64,000 nt of DNA, from the NCBI GenBank assembly GCA_041651155.1, contig JBAZJU010000001.1, positions 91,932-155,931 of the forward strand, written 5' to 3'. The position numbers were made by a program, and so were the translations under genes. Under the pieces are notes generated by a model. It had not been told where the DNA came from. It ran no database searches and was given only the letters and a program-made list of their open reading frames with translations. Each line of letters opens with the position of its first letter. The first letter of the stretch is position 1. Positions 50,975 through 60,386 of this stretch are shown here, in pieces. This stretch comes from Patescibacteria group bacterium (GTDB lineage: Bacteria > Patescibacteriota > Patescibacteriia > CAIXNZ01).

Positions 50975-51042
50975 ATATTCTTTCCGCGCTCGCGGAATAG
51001 AATAGCGAACCCCTCTGGCGCAAGTCAGGGGGGTTTTGTTTT
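50975..51042 (+). terminator. double-hairpin terminator
   Basis: TATTCTTTCCGCG..CGCGGAATAGAATA and AACCCCTCTGGC-GCAA-GTCAGGGGGGTT plus T-tract. Confidence 0.75.
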
Positions 51043-51259
51043 GGTGGAAGAATGGTGGTTTGGGAGGAATTTATCAACCTCCCCCAATCCCCCTCCTTTT
51101 CTAAGGAGGGGGTATGGAGGTTATCATGACCTAAGGTGCAGGGCTTTGGGTTTTGTTTTTTGGGGAAGATCGTGGAGGGAGTGGGACGGTTGATTTGTTT
51201 TGTTTAGGGATTTATGGTATTATAAAGGGAGCAATTATTTAATATTCAATTTAAAAAAT

Positions 51260-51517
51260 ATGAAAGAAAAAAATAAATTACAATTTAATATTATTTTTAG
51301 GCCTGAAGAAGAAGGTGGATTTACTGCAATAGTTCCGTCTTTGCCAGGTTGTATTACTTACGGCAAAGATTTAAAAGAAGCTAAAAAAATGGCGATTGAT
51401 GCAATTTATGGCTATATTGAATCAGTAAAAAAACATAAAGAAGAAATACAGTCAGATGAGGAAAGTTTTATTAGTTTAATTAGGCTTCCTCAAAAGCACT
51501 CTAGACTTTATGCCTAA
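51260..51517 (+). CDS. hicB: HicB family antitoxin
   Basis: EEGGFTAIVPSLPGCITYGKDLKEA. Confidence 0.9.
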   Translation: MKEKNKLQFNIIFRPEEEGGFTAIVPSLPGCITYGKDLKEAKKMAIDAIYGYIESVKKHKEEIQSDEESFISLIRLPQKHSRLYA

Positions 51518-51734
51518 ATTGCCATCATTAACTCCAAAGAAACTTTTACGAGTATTGGAAAAATGCGGGTTTGTAACAGACCATATAGCCGGCAGCCACT
51601 ATATCCTTTTTCAATCCGCTTCAAATAAAAGAATTACATTGCCATTCCATTGTAAAGATTTGCCAAAAGGTACCCTCCACTCTATTTTAAAGGCAGCCGG
51701 AATTGAAATAACAGATTTGAAAAAATTAAAATAA
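51510..51734 (+). CDS. hicA: HicA family toxin
   Basis: MPKLP...GSHYIL...ITLPFH.KDLPKGTLHSILKAAG. Confidence 0.92.
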   Translation: MPKLPSLTPKKLLRVLEKCGFVTDHIAGSHYILFQSASNKRITLPFHCKDLPKGTLHSILKAAGIEITDLKKLK

Positions 51735-52016
51735 CTCGTCTCGGCTCGCCTCGCGAAGCGGGCTTCGCTGGACATAGATATCGTTTTTGTCCCTTGAGTG
51801 CCTTCGCCGAAGTCGGATGAAAAACACAAATCTCGCCATTTTTTAAAGGGCGTTTTTTGTTTTGCTCTGTAACACATTTGGTGCAGGGCTTTGGTTTTTA
51901 CGATAAAATTAAGGTCGGAAACCCCATAAATTTGGGTTTTATGCCGTATTGACTTTTGGCAGAAAAAGAAGTAAAATGAAAGTAGTTTCAATAAAAATGA
52001 AAGTAGTTTCAATTTT

Positions 52017-52547
52017 ATGAATATTAAATTGACCATTCTCAATAAGAAAGTATTTAATTTCTTGGCTGATTGGCCTGAAAAACAGTTTTTTTCTAAGGAA
52101 ATCTCCGACAGATTGGGGATATCTTTGGGTGGCGCCCATAACAGCCTCAAGGCTCTGCTAAAGGCAGGCGTGGTTGTTTTTGAGCAAAAAGGGAATATGA
52201 AGTTTTTTAAAATTAACTTTAGCAGCCCTTTGTTTAAACAATTGCGCTCGGCAGGCATTGTGGAGAGCCTTTTGCCTTTGGTTAAGAAAATAAAAAATCA
52301 CTGCCTCAATGTGATTTTATTCGGCTCCGCGGCCAGGGGCGAACAGACTGCCAAAAGCGATATTGATATTTTTATATTAACCAATAATCCGTTGGAAATA
52401 AGAAAATTACTGCCAGCCAAAATTAACCGACTGCTTCTTAAGGCCATAATTAAAAAACCGAATGAGTGGAGCGAAATGGAAATTAAGGAACCGGAGTTTT
52501 TTAGGGAAATAAAAAACGGGATTAAATTATATGAATCAAGATTTTAA
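52017..52547 (+). CDS. HTH plus minimal nucleotidyltransferase (MNT antitoxin)
   Basis: N-terminal wHTH; ILFGSAARGEQTAKSDIDIF. Confidence 0.88.
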   Translation: MNIKLTILNKKVFNFLADWPEKQFFSKEISDRLGISLGGAHNSLKALLKAGVVVFEQKGNMKFFKINFSSPLFKQLRSAGIVESLLPLVKKIKNHCLNVILFGSAARGEQTAKSDIDIFILTNNPLEIRKLLPAKINRLLLKAIIKKPNEWSEMEIKEPEFFREIKNGIKLYESRF

Positions 52548-52968
52548 TGATTGCCTGGACAAGGGCAAGATAAAAATATTTTCCAGGGGGAAGTTTGTTG
52601 CCCCTAAGGAAATCAGATTGGCTGAGGAAGACTTGAAGATTGCCTCGGCAAGCTTTAGTGACGGCAATTTTCGCTGGTGCGTGATTCAGACGTATTATTC
52701 TATGTTTCATTCAGCGAGAGCCTTATTGTATTATCAAAATTATCGGGAGCATAGCCATTATTGCCTTATTCAGGCAATCAGAGCATTGTATGTTGGAAAC
52801 AAATTATTGGATTTGTCACTGGTTGAAGCAATGGCCGAAGCGAAAAATCTGAGGGAAGCCGCGGATTATTACGGAGATTATAGCCAAATTAACGCGGAAA
52901 AATTATTGGAACATGCCAAGAATTTTTTAAAAGCGGCAAAGGATATTATAAAAAATGGTACTTTATAG
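52531..52968 (+). CDS. HEPN domain protein
   Basis: YYSMFHSARALL, SH, REAADY; overlaps the MNT gene. Confidence 0.88.
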   Translation: MNQDFNDCLDKGKIKIFSRGKFVAPKEIRLAEEDLKIASASFSDGNFRWCVIQTYYSMFHSARALLYYQNYREHSHYCLIQAIRALYVGNKLLDLSLVEAMAEAKNLREAADYYGDYSQINAEKLLEHAKNFLKAAKDIIKNGTL

Positions 52969-53238
52969 CGGACTTCAGTCCGCGAATGACCCCATTACCT
53001 TACGGGGACTTCCACCGTCGCTCTGTGAGTTATGGCGGACAAGAAAGTCCCCTGTAATGATTTTTCTTTGTTAAGGTCCTCTGTAATGATTTCTCTTTAT
53101 TTTTATGATAAAATTAAGGTGGAAAACCCCATAAATTTGGTTTAAGGAGGGGGTGTTTACAGGAGTTTTTTATTTGTTTTGTTTAGGGATTTATGGTATT
53201 ATGAAAGGAGCAATTATTTAATATTTTATTTAAAAAAT

Positions 53239-53508
53239 ATGAAAGAACAATCCTGCCTGCCGGCAGGCAGGTTAAAAATTTCAAAATTTGGCAGGCAATT
53301 GCCTATTGTTATTGAAAAAGGGGAAGATGGTTTTTATATTGTAGAATGCCCGCTTTTTGACGGTTGTTTTACACAGGGTAAAACAATTGATGAGGCGCTT
53401 AGAAATATTAAAGAAGTCATATCTTTGATTTTGGCAGAAAAAGACGCCAGAAATACTTTGAAGGAATATAAATCAACAGAATTTAGTTTGCATACCATTA
53501 CCGTTTAA
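53239..53508 (+). CDS. hicB: HicB family antitoxin
   Basis: EDGFYIVECPLFDGCFTQGKTIDEALRNIKE. Confidence 0.88.
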   Translation: MKEQSCLPAGRLKISKFGRQLPIVIEKGEDGFYIVECPLFDGCFTQGKTIDEALRNIKEVISLILAEKDARNTLKEYKSTEFSLHTITV

Positions 53509-53511
53509 TTT

Positions 53512-53705
53512 ATGACCCGCTTACCCATTATTTCCGGCAGGAAATTGATTAAAGTTCTTAATAAGGTTGGTTATGAATCTATCAGGCATCAAAGGCGTGG
53601 ATGGTTGCTGTTACTGATTATAAAGTTATTGACCGATCATTATTATTAAAGATATTGCGCGATGCAGAATTATCCGCAGATGATTTTATGAAGTTGATGA
53701 ATTAA
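53512..53705 (+). pseudogene. hicA: HicA toxin pseudogene; core replaced by tmRNA-derived sequence
   Basis: MTRLPIISGRKLIKVLNKVGYESIR, then frame-shifted VTDYKVIDRSLLLKILRDAELSADDF; GSH motif absent. Confidence 0.85.
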
Positions 53706-53846
53706 TATTTGAATATATATATTTACAGACCGCCTGGCCTTTCCGGGTGGTTTTGTTTTTTGCCCTGCACCAGTCGCTTCTCTCCGGTGCAGGGCTTTAT
53801 ATTTTGGAAATTGAATGGTAAAATTAAGGTGGGGAAAAATAAAAAT

Positions 53847-54395
53847 ATGAATGAATTATTTAAAAATAAATATCGTACAGATTCCGTTCGTTTAAAAGAA
53901 TGGGATTATTCTTGGCCGGGTTTATATTATGTAACAATTTGTACCAAGGATCGTTTTTGTTGTTTAGGGGATGTAAAAAATGGTTTGGTTTATTTATCGG
54001 AAATTGGGAAAATCGTGTTTGAAGAATGGTTAAATACGCCAAAGATCAGACCGAATGTGGCGTTGGATGATTTTATTATAATGCCGAATCATATTCATGG
54101 AATTATAGAAATTAAAGAAATTGGGGATGTTGTAGAGACGCATTGCAATGCGTCTCTACAGAAACCCACATTCGGCCCGCAACGCAATAATTTGGCCTCA
54201 ATAATTCGTGGTTTTAAAGGGGTTGCCAAGAAAAGAATAAATCAAAAATTTGGAGAAAATTATTTTGCCTGGCAATCTGGCTATTACGAACACATTGTCC
54301 GGGACGAAGATGATTATGCCAGAATTAAAGAATATATTGCCTTAAATCCGATCAGATGGGAACTTGACAGAAATAATCCAAAAAATAGATCCTAA
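53847..54395 (+). mobile_element. REP-associated tyrosine (HUH, Y1) transposase
   Basis: RLKEWDY...YYVTICT...MPNHIHGII...WQSGYYEHIVR...YIALNP. Confidence 0.9.
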
Positions 54396-54420
54396 AATAT
54401 TAATTATAAATTTTAAAATT

Positions 54421-56397
54421 ATGTCAAAACGAATTTTCACAATCGGAATTGTGGCTATGACCATATTGTGGTCTATTGGCTTGTCTGCTTTTACACCAAG
54501 CGCGCAGGCAGCCACAATTAATTCAGGCGATTTAATTAAGGCTTCCACGCCTGCGGTTTATTATTATGCCAATGACGGCAAACGCTATGTTTTTCCCAAT
54601 GAAAAAACATTTAAAACCTGGTATGCTGATTTTTCCAGTGTGAAAATAATTACAGATGCAGAATTGTCTGCTATTTCTATTGGCGGCAACGTTACTTACA
54701 GACCCGGAGTTAAAATGGTAAAAATCACGACCGATCCCAAAGTCTATGCTGTGGCTAGCAATGGGACATTGCGCTGGATAACAACAGCCTCTTTGGCCAC
54801 GCAATTATATGGCGCAAATTGGGCGACAATGGTTGATGATGTGCCTGATTCATTTTATGTGAATTATAATGTTGGTTCGCCAATTAATAATCTGACTGAT
54901 TATAATCCTGCAGCCACAACCGCAGCTTCCCCTTCAATTAATGCTGATAAAAGCTTGATTATGCCGACTGTTGGTTCAGTTTTGACAGTTTCTCTGGCAC
55001 CTGATACACCGGCTGCTGGTACTGTGCCTGCTGGTACGACTGTTAATTTTACTAAGATTATTTTTAGCGCGAGTAATTCAGCAGTCAGCATTAATTCAAT
55101 CTATGTAACGCGTTTTGGCTTGAGTACAAATAATGATGTAACTAATATTCAGTTTGTTAATACCAGTAATGTGGCGATTAGCAGTATTGCGAGTTTAGGT
55201 TCTGATAGCAAAGCCTTAGTTACATTTAGCCCTGCTTTAATTGTTAATCCAAATAGTCCTGTGAGCGTATATATCAGGGCAAACATTAGCCAAACAATCT
55301 CAAGTGGTAATACTATAGGTTTGGGTATTAATTCAGCCAGTGACATTAAATTGGCTCCAGGCACAATTAATGGCATCTTTCCAATGCTAGGAAATTATCT
55401 GGGCAGCAGCTCTTCTGCCAATATTTCAGGTTTAACCCCGCCGGAAGGAATTTTAATTGCTGGCAGAAGTAAACAGGGCGTAGCTTCGTTTAAAGTCCAG
55501 GCAGGCCAGGCAGAAGATATGGATTTAAATAGCGTCACAATCACTGATACAGGCACTGGCAAAGTAGCTAATACCTGGTATTTATATTCAAGCAAAAGAA
55601 ATGACGGCATTTCTATCAGCGAACCGGTGGGAACTGCGATTATGGACTCAGTGAATAAAAATGCCAGATTTATTTTGCCTACCAATACGATAATTATACC
55701 TGCCAGCCAAAGTGTTACTTTGACAGTTGCAGTTGATGCTGTGTTAGTTGATGGGGTGACAGTGCAAAATGGCGATACGCTTCACGCAATTGTAGCGGCT
55801 GGAACTGATATTGTGGCCACAGGCAAGGCTTCTGGCCAGCAAATAAACGGCAGCGCCGTACTTGACTCTAAAATATATTATATCTTAGCCTCTTACCCTT
55901 ATTTCAGCCTGGATGCTGCTTCGCCAAAAGGAGCCTTAGTGCCTGGAGCCAATACCTTGCTGGCTATTTATGATGTGACAGCTGACTCGGCTGATGAGGT
56001 GGACTTTTTAAACGCAGGGACAAATACTTCTGGCGTGGCTAATAAGTTAAGGGTTGATATCGCGCACAATTGTACTGCCGGCCTTGGTTTGGGGCTCACT
56101 TTGAAAGATGAAGCTGGCAATGTGCTGGACACTCAGGCAGTTGATGTGTGTAATAGCGCCAGCGCAACTTTTACCTTTGGCAATCCTAATAATTTGGCAA
56201 TTGCAGCCGGCGCCACAAAAAAATTATATATTTACGCTGATACTCAAGGCGCGACCAGCGCAGGGGATAGCATTCAGCTTTATTTAAGCGATTCAAATCC
56301 GGCAAATGTTGATTTCGCGATAAATGGAGCAGGTAATTATCAATTTGCCCAGTTTATTTTCAGAAGCAATATTTATAGCAATCCTTTGGCGAGATAA
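54421..56397 (+). CDS. S-layer-like paralog of 47459..50956, internally shorter
   Basis: highly similar signal peptide and N-terminal domain; homologous C-terminus. Confidence 0.8.
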   Translation: MSKRIFTIGIVAMTILWSIGLSAFTPSAQAATINSGDLIKASTPAVYYYANDGKRYVFPNEKTFKTWYADFSSVKIITDAELSAISIGGNVTYRPGVKMVKITTDPKVYAVASNGTLRWITTASLATQLYGANWATMVDDVPDSFYVNYNVGSPINNLTDYNPAATTAASPSINADKSLIMPTVGSVLTVSLAPDTPAAGTVPAGTTVNFTKIIFSASNSAVSINSIYVTRFGLSTNNDVTNIQFVNTSNVAISSIASLGSDSKALVTFSPALIVNPNSPVSVYIRANISQTISSGNTIGLGINSASDIKLAPGTINGIFPMLGNYLGSSSSANISGLTPPEGILIAGRSKQGVASFKVQAGQAEDMDLNSVTITDTGTGKVANTWYLYSSKRNDGISISEPVGTAIMDSVNKNARFILPTNTIIIPASQSVTLTVAVDAVLVDGVTVQNGDTLHAIVAAGTDIVATGKASGQQINGSAVLDSKIYYILASYPYFSLDAASPKGALVPGANTLLAIYDVTADSADEVDFLNAGTNTSGVANKLRVDIAHNCTAGLGLGLTLKDEAGNVLDTQAVDVCNSASATFTFGNPNNLAIAAGATKKLYIYADTQGATSAGDSIQLYLSDSNPANVDFAINGAGNYQFAQFIFRSNIYSNPLAR

Positions 56398-56632
56398 AAA
56401 ATTTAAAGATTACAGCTCCTAGGCTCGTCGGCGAGATACGCTTGTCTCGCCGACGAGGAAATTTGGGACTCAATTCCCAATTGTAGATAATTATAAGCGG
56501 TTGTTTAGGAAGTAATTCGGAATTGAGTTCCGTTGCCAGCTCATTTTTATGGGCTGGTTTGTTTTTAAAGCGATATTTTGATAAAATTAAGGTATACATA
56601 TAAATCAATAATTAAATTTTAAATCAAAACTT

Positions 56633-58267
56633 ATGCGTAAAATCATTTTCTTATTTTTGATTTCATTAATTTTAGTTGTGCCTCAAGCTAAGGCATTTCA
56701 GTCCAATGCTATTGTTAATAATGGCGCGCCTTATACGACTTTTTACCGCGGTACTTTTGATGATTTGGTCATGGATTTCAGCTTAATTACTCTAAATGCC
56801 GATACGGTTAAGGCAATTTCTTTAAAAAATTTAGGCACTTCCAGCTACTTGCGCGATATAACATATATGAAATTGTGGGCTGATGAAGGGCCGCTTGGGT
56901 TCCAGGGCATGGGCATTGACCGCGAAATCGGGACTCTGAGCTATTCAACGACATACTTGTCTTGGTCAATTGAAAACCTTAACGAAATAATCAATACAAG
57001 TGAAAGATTTTTTATCTCAGTGGAAACTTATTCCAGTTTGAGTGCTTCAACCACCATTCATATGCAGATTCCTATTTTAACGGATAATAACAATAATGGC
57101 AGCTATGATGCCGGCGACTTTGGCATTTTTATGGATTCTGGCAATAATGGACCGACTGATGTGAACATTGATAATGCCAATACACAAGTAACCAGCACCT
57201 CGTCAGTTGATAGCTTGACGCCAAAAGTGATTTTAGCAAATTTGAATGATGGCGCGATTTTAACAAATGATAATTTTATTATCAACGGTTTGGTGCGTGA
57301 TCAGGGCAATACTTATCTGCAAACATTCCAGATAATTATTGATGATCAGGCAATCAGCATTGATAATTACGATCAGTTTAACTATACCTGGAATTATAAT
57401 TGGCAGAATATCAGCGATGGAAAACATACAGTGAGTGTTTTGGCGCGCGATGGCTGGGGCAATACTACCCAGACCAATCCATTAACGATTACTGTGAATA
57501 AGCAGCTATTTTCAGTTGCAAATTCAGCAGCGACAATTGATAAGTCAGGGATTAAAAATGACGGTTTGGATAAGGCCACGGTCACTGTAATTATCAAAGA
57601 TCAAAACAATCTGCCAATAGCGAATCGTCAGATAACAGTGGAAACGAGTTCGGATGTGATTATTTCCAATCCGACTAATAATTCTGATGCAAGCGGGAAA
57701 ATTGTTTTTGAAGTAAGATCCACCGCTTTAGGCCTGAAAACAATAGCAGTTAAGGTTGCTGATACGCTTTTGCAGACTTTAACTTTAAACGTTAATACGG
57801 GAATTCAGCCTGCTTTTGGCCTTAATTTTGGGGATTTAATCAAAGCCTCAACTCCGGCTGTTTATTATTACGGGGCTGATGGCAAAAGATATGTTTTTCC
57901 CAATTTAAAAACATATTTGACCTGGTATAATGATTTTTCTGGAGTTAAAGCAATTACTGATGAACAGCTCGGACAAATTACAATCGGCGGGAATGTGACA
58001 TATCGTCCGGGAGTTAAACTTGTTAAAATTACTACTGATCCAAAAGTTTACGCCATAGACAGCCATGGAACTTTGCGCTGGATTACCTCTGAGCAACTGG
58101 CTATCCAGCTGTATGGCGCTAAATGGAATACACTGGTTGAGGATGTCTCAGATGCTTTTTTTGTTAATTACTTGACGGGAAACCAGATAAATTCTTTGAG
58201 TGATTTTAGTCCGGTTGATGTTAAAAATGCGGCTGGTACGATTAATATTGATAAGGGGTTATTATAG
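56633..58267 (+). CDS. secreted Ig-like (Big) domain protein with C-terminal shared surface domain
   Basis: DGKHTVSVLARD, ATVTVIIKDQNNLPI; GDLIKASTPAVYYYGADGKRY. Confidence 0.8.
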   Translation: MRKIIFLFLISLILVVPQAKAFQSNAIVNNGAPYTTFYRGTFDDLVMDFSLITLNADTVKAISLKNLGTSSYLRDITYMKLWADEGPLGFQGMGIDREIGTLSYSTTYLSWSIENLNEIINTSERFFISVETYSSLSASTTIHMQIPILTDNNNNGSYDAGDFGIFMDSGNNGPTDVNIDNANTQVTSTSSVDSLTPKVILANLNDGAILTNDNFIINGLVRDQGNTYLQTFQIIIDDQAISIDNYDQFNYTWNYNWQNISDGKHTVSVLARDGWGNTTQTNPLTITVNKQLFSVANSAATIDKSGIKNDGLDKATVTVIIKDQNNLPIANRQITVETSSDVIISNPTNNSDASGKIVFEVRSTALGLKTIAVKVADTLLQTLTLNVNTGIQPAFGLNFGDLIKASTPAVYYYGADGKRYVFPNLKTYLTWYNDFSGVKAITDEQLGQITIGGNVTYRPGVKLVKITTDPKVYAIDSHGTLRWITSEQLAIQLYGAKWNTLVEDVSDAFFVNYLTGNQINSLSDFSPVDVKNAAGTINIDKGLL

Positions 58268-58322
58268 AATTTTAAATTTTAAATTTTAAATTTTAAGTCA
58301 ATTTTAAATAGTTTAATTATAA

Positions 58323-59888
58323 ATGAAGAAGTTTCAATTCATTATTGGTCTTTTAATATCCAGCCTTTTAGTGGGCAGTTTTGCTTTTGCGCAGGAATTA
58401 TTGCCAAATGATCCATATTATAGCCGGCAATGGTATTTGGAAAAATTAAACCTGCCCCAAATCTGGGCGCAGGAAACCGGCTCAAAAAATGTAATTATCG
58501 CAGTCATTGATTCTGGCATTGATGTTTCACACCCTGATTTGCATGATAATATCTGGGTTAATCAAAAGGAAATCCTAGGCGATGGCATTGATAATGACCA
58601 TAATGGCTATATTGATGATATTAGCGGCTGGGACTTTATAAATAATAGCAATGATCCTTCGCCCAAATATGATGTTAGTTGCTTGCAAAATAACACTTGC
58701 ACTGAAGACGGCATTTTTCACGGCACATTTGTGGCCGGGGTGGCTGCGGCTGTCGGCAATAATGGCATTGGCACAACAGGGGTTGCTTGGAATGTAAAAA
58801 TAATGCCGCTGAGAGTGCTGAATGAAAATGGCAGCGGCAATACTGTAGACGTGGTTAAAGCTATTGAATATGCGATTAATAATGGCGCCAACATCATTAA
58901 TTTAAGTTTTGTCGGCGACACATATGATTTAGCTTTAGAACAGGCATTGGTCAACGCTTATCAAAAGGGATTAGTGATAGTGGCTGCTTCTGGCAATGAA
59001 AATCAGGCTGGCCAGGCAATTAATTTAGATTTAACTAAAATGTACCCAGTCTGCCATCAAGGTCCTGGCGGCCAAAGAATATTACTTGGCGTGGGCGCAA
59101 CAGACATTTTTAAAAAAATAACCGAGTTTTCCAATTACGGCTCAAGCTGTGTTGATATCATGGCGCCTGGCAGAGATTTTTTTGGCACCCTGGTCTATAA
59201 TCCTCAGGTGAGCAGTTTTAATCAATATTATGGCGGTAATTTTTCCGGCACTTCTTTGGCTGCGCCTGTTGTTTCAGGCGTGGCCGCTTTAATAAAATCA
59301 TATAAGCCGGAATTGACCAACCAGCAGATCATGGATGCAATTAATAAGAATGCTGAAAATATTGATGCGCTAAATCCTGCCTTTGTAGGGAAAATGGGCA
59401 ATGGCTTGATAGATCCGGTTAAAATTTTTCAGAATTTGAAAATGTCTGTAATTAACAGCCAATTGATCAAGGGTTCCACGGCTGCAATTTATTATTTAGG
59501 CAGTGATGGCAAACGCTATACTTTCCCGGATCAAAAGGTTTTTTTTAGCTGGTATGACAGCTTTAAGGGCATTAAACAAATTTCCGATCGGGAATTGTCT
59601 GATTTTACACTGGGAGGAATCGTAACTTACAGGCCAGGCGCAATGGTTAAAATTCAAACTGATCCAAAAGTGTATGCAGTAACCCAGGGCGGTATTCTAA
59701 GATGGATTAAAAATGAAACAATAGTCCAGGCATTGTATGGCAATGTTTGGGCGCAATTAATTTTTGATGTGCCAGATTCTTATTTTGCTATTTATAAAAT
59801 TGGCGCTGACATAAATAGCGCGCTAGATTTCAATCCTGTCATAGAGAAAAATAATGTACCTTCAATTGATATAGATAAGAGCTTATAA
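58323..59888 (+). CDS. S8 subtilisin-like protease with C-terminal shared surface domain
   Basis: AVIDSG, HGTFVAG, SGTSLAAP. Confidence 0.92.
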   Translation: MKKFQFIIGLLISSLLVGSFAFAQELLPNDPYYSRQWYLEKLNLPQIWAQETGSKNVIIAVIDSGIDVSHPDLHDNIWVNQKEILGDGIDNDHNGYIDDISGWDFINNSNDPSPKYDVSCLQNNTCTEDGIFHGTFVAGVAAAVGNNGIGTTGVAWNVKIMPLRVLNENGSGNTVDVVKAIEYAINNGANIINLSFVGDTYDLALEQALVNAYQKGLVIVAASGNENQAGQAINLDLTKMYPVCHQGPGGQRILLGVGATDIFKKITEFSNYGSSCVDIMAPGRDFFGTLVYNPQVSSFNQYYGGNFSGTSLAAPVVSGVAALIKSYKPELTNQQIMDAINKNAENIDALNPAFVGKMGNGLIDPVKIFQNLKMSVINSQLIKGSTAAIYYLGSDGKRYTFPDQKVFFSWYDSFKGIKQISDRELSDFTLGGIVTYRPGAMVKIQTDPKVYAVTQGGILRWIKNETIVQALYGNVWAQLIFDVPDSYFAIYKIGADINSALDFNPVIEKNNVPSIDIDKSL

Positions 59889-59901
59889 ATAATATTTTAA
59901 A

Positions 59902-60309
59902 ATGATTATATTTAAAAAGCTTATATATCGGCAATTTTTTAAATTCTGTCTGGTGGGCGCAATTAATACTGTGATTGATTTCTCAGTATATTTATTTTTT
60001 AACCGTGTTCTTGGGCTTTATTTCCTTTACGCGAATATCCTGGCAATTTTAGCGGCCATGACATTTAGTTTCTTTGTTAATAAATATTGGACATTTCAAA
60101 ATAATGAAAAAAAACTGCATACTCAATATCTGAAATTCGCCCTGGTAAATTTGGTTTATTTTTTACTCTATAATTCAATTTTATTCGGCTTAGTTGAATA
60201 TTTTAAGGTTTTTGACCTGGCGGCAAAAATTATTGCCATAATAATCGGCTTATTTTGGAATTTTTTTGCCAATCGCCGCTGGACATTTAGGCCAGCCCCC
60301 AAAATTTAA
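59902..60309 (+). CDS. GtrA family protein
   Basis: KFCLVGAINT, NKYWTF, NRRWTF. Confidence 0.9.
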   Translation: MIIFKKLIYRQFFKFCLVGAINTVIDFSVYLFFNRVLGLYFLYANILAILAAMTFSFFVNKYWTFQNNEKKLHTQYLKFALVNLVYFLLYNSILFGLVEYFKVFDLAAKIIAIIIGLFWNFFANRRWTFRPAPKI

Positions 60310-60386
60310 GGGGGCTTTATTTTTATGGTAAACTTTGCTAAAATAGGAATATCAAATTATTTGAATTAACAACTAATTTAAACATT

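Noticed and set aside
51200-51259. Upstream TTG starts for hicB genes, RAYT (53709), radical SAM (36213), sigma (44508) and 54364
   Set aside because: The extensions run through promoter or repeat DNA; downstream ATGs match family N-termini
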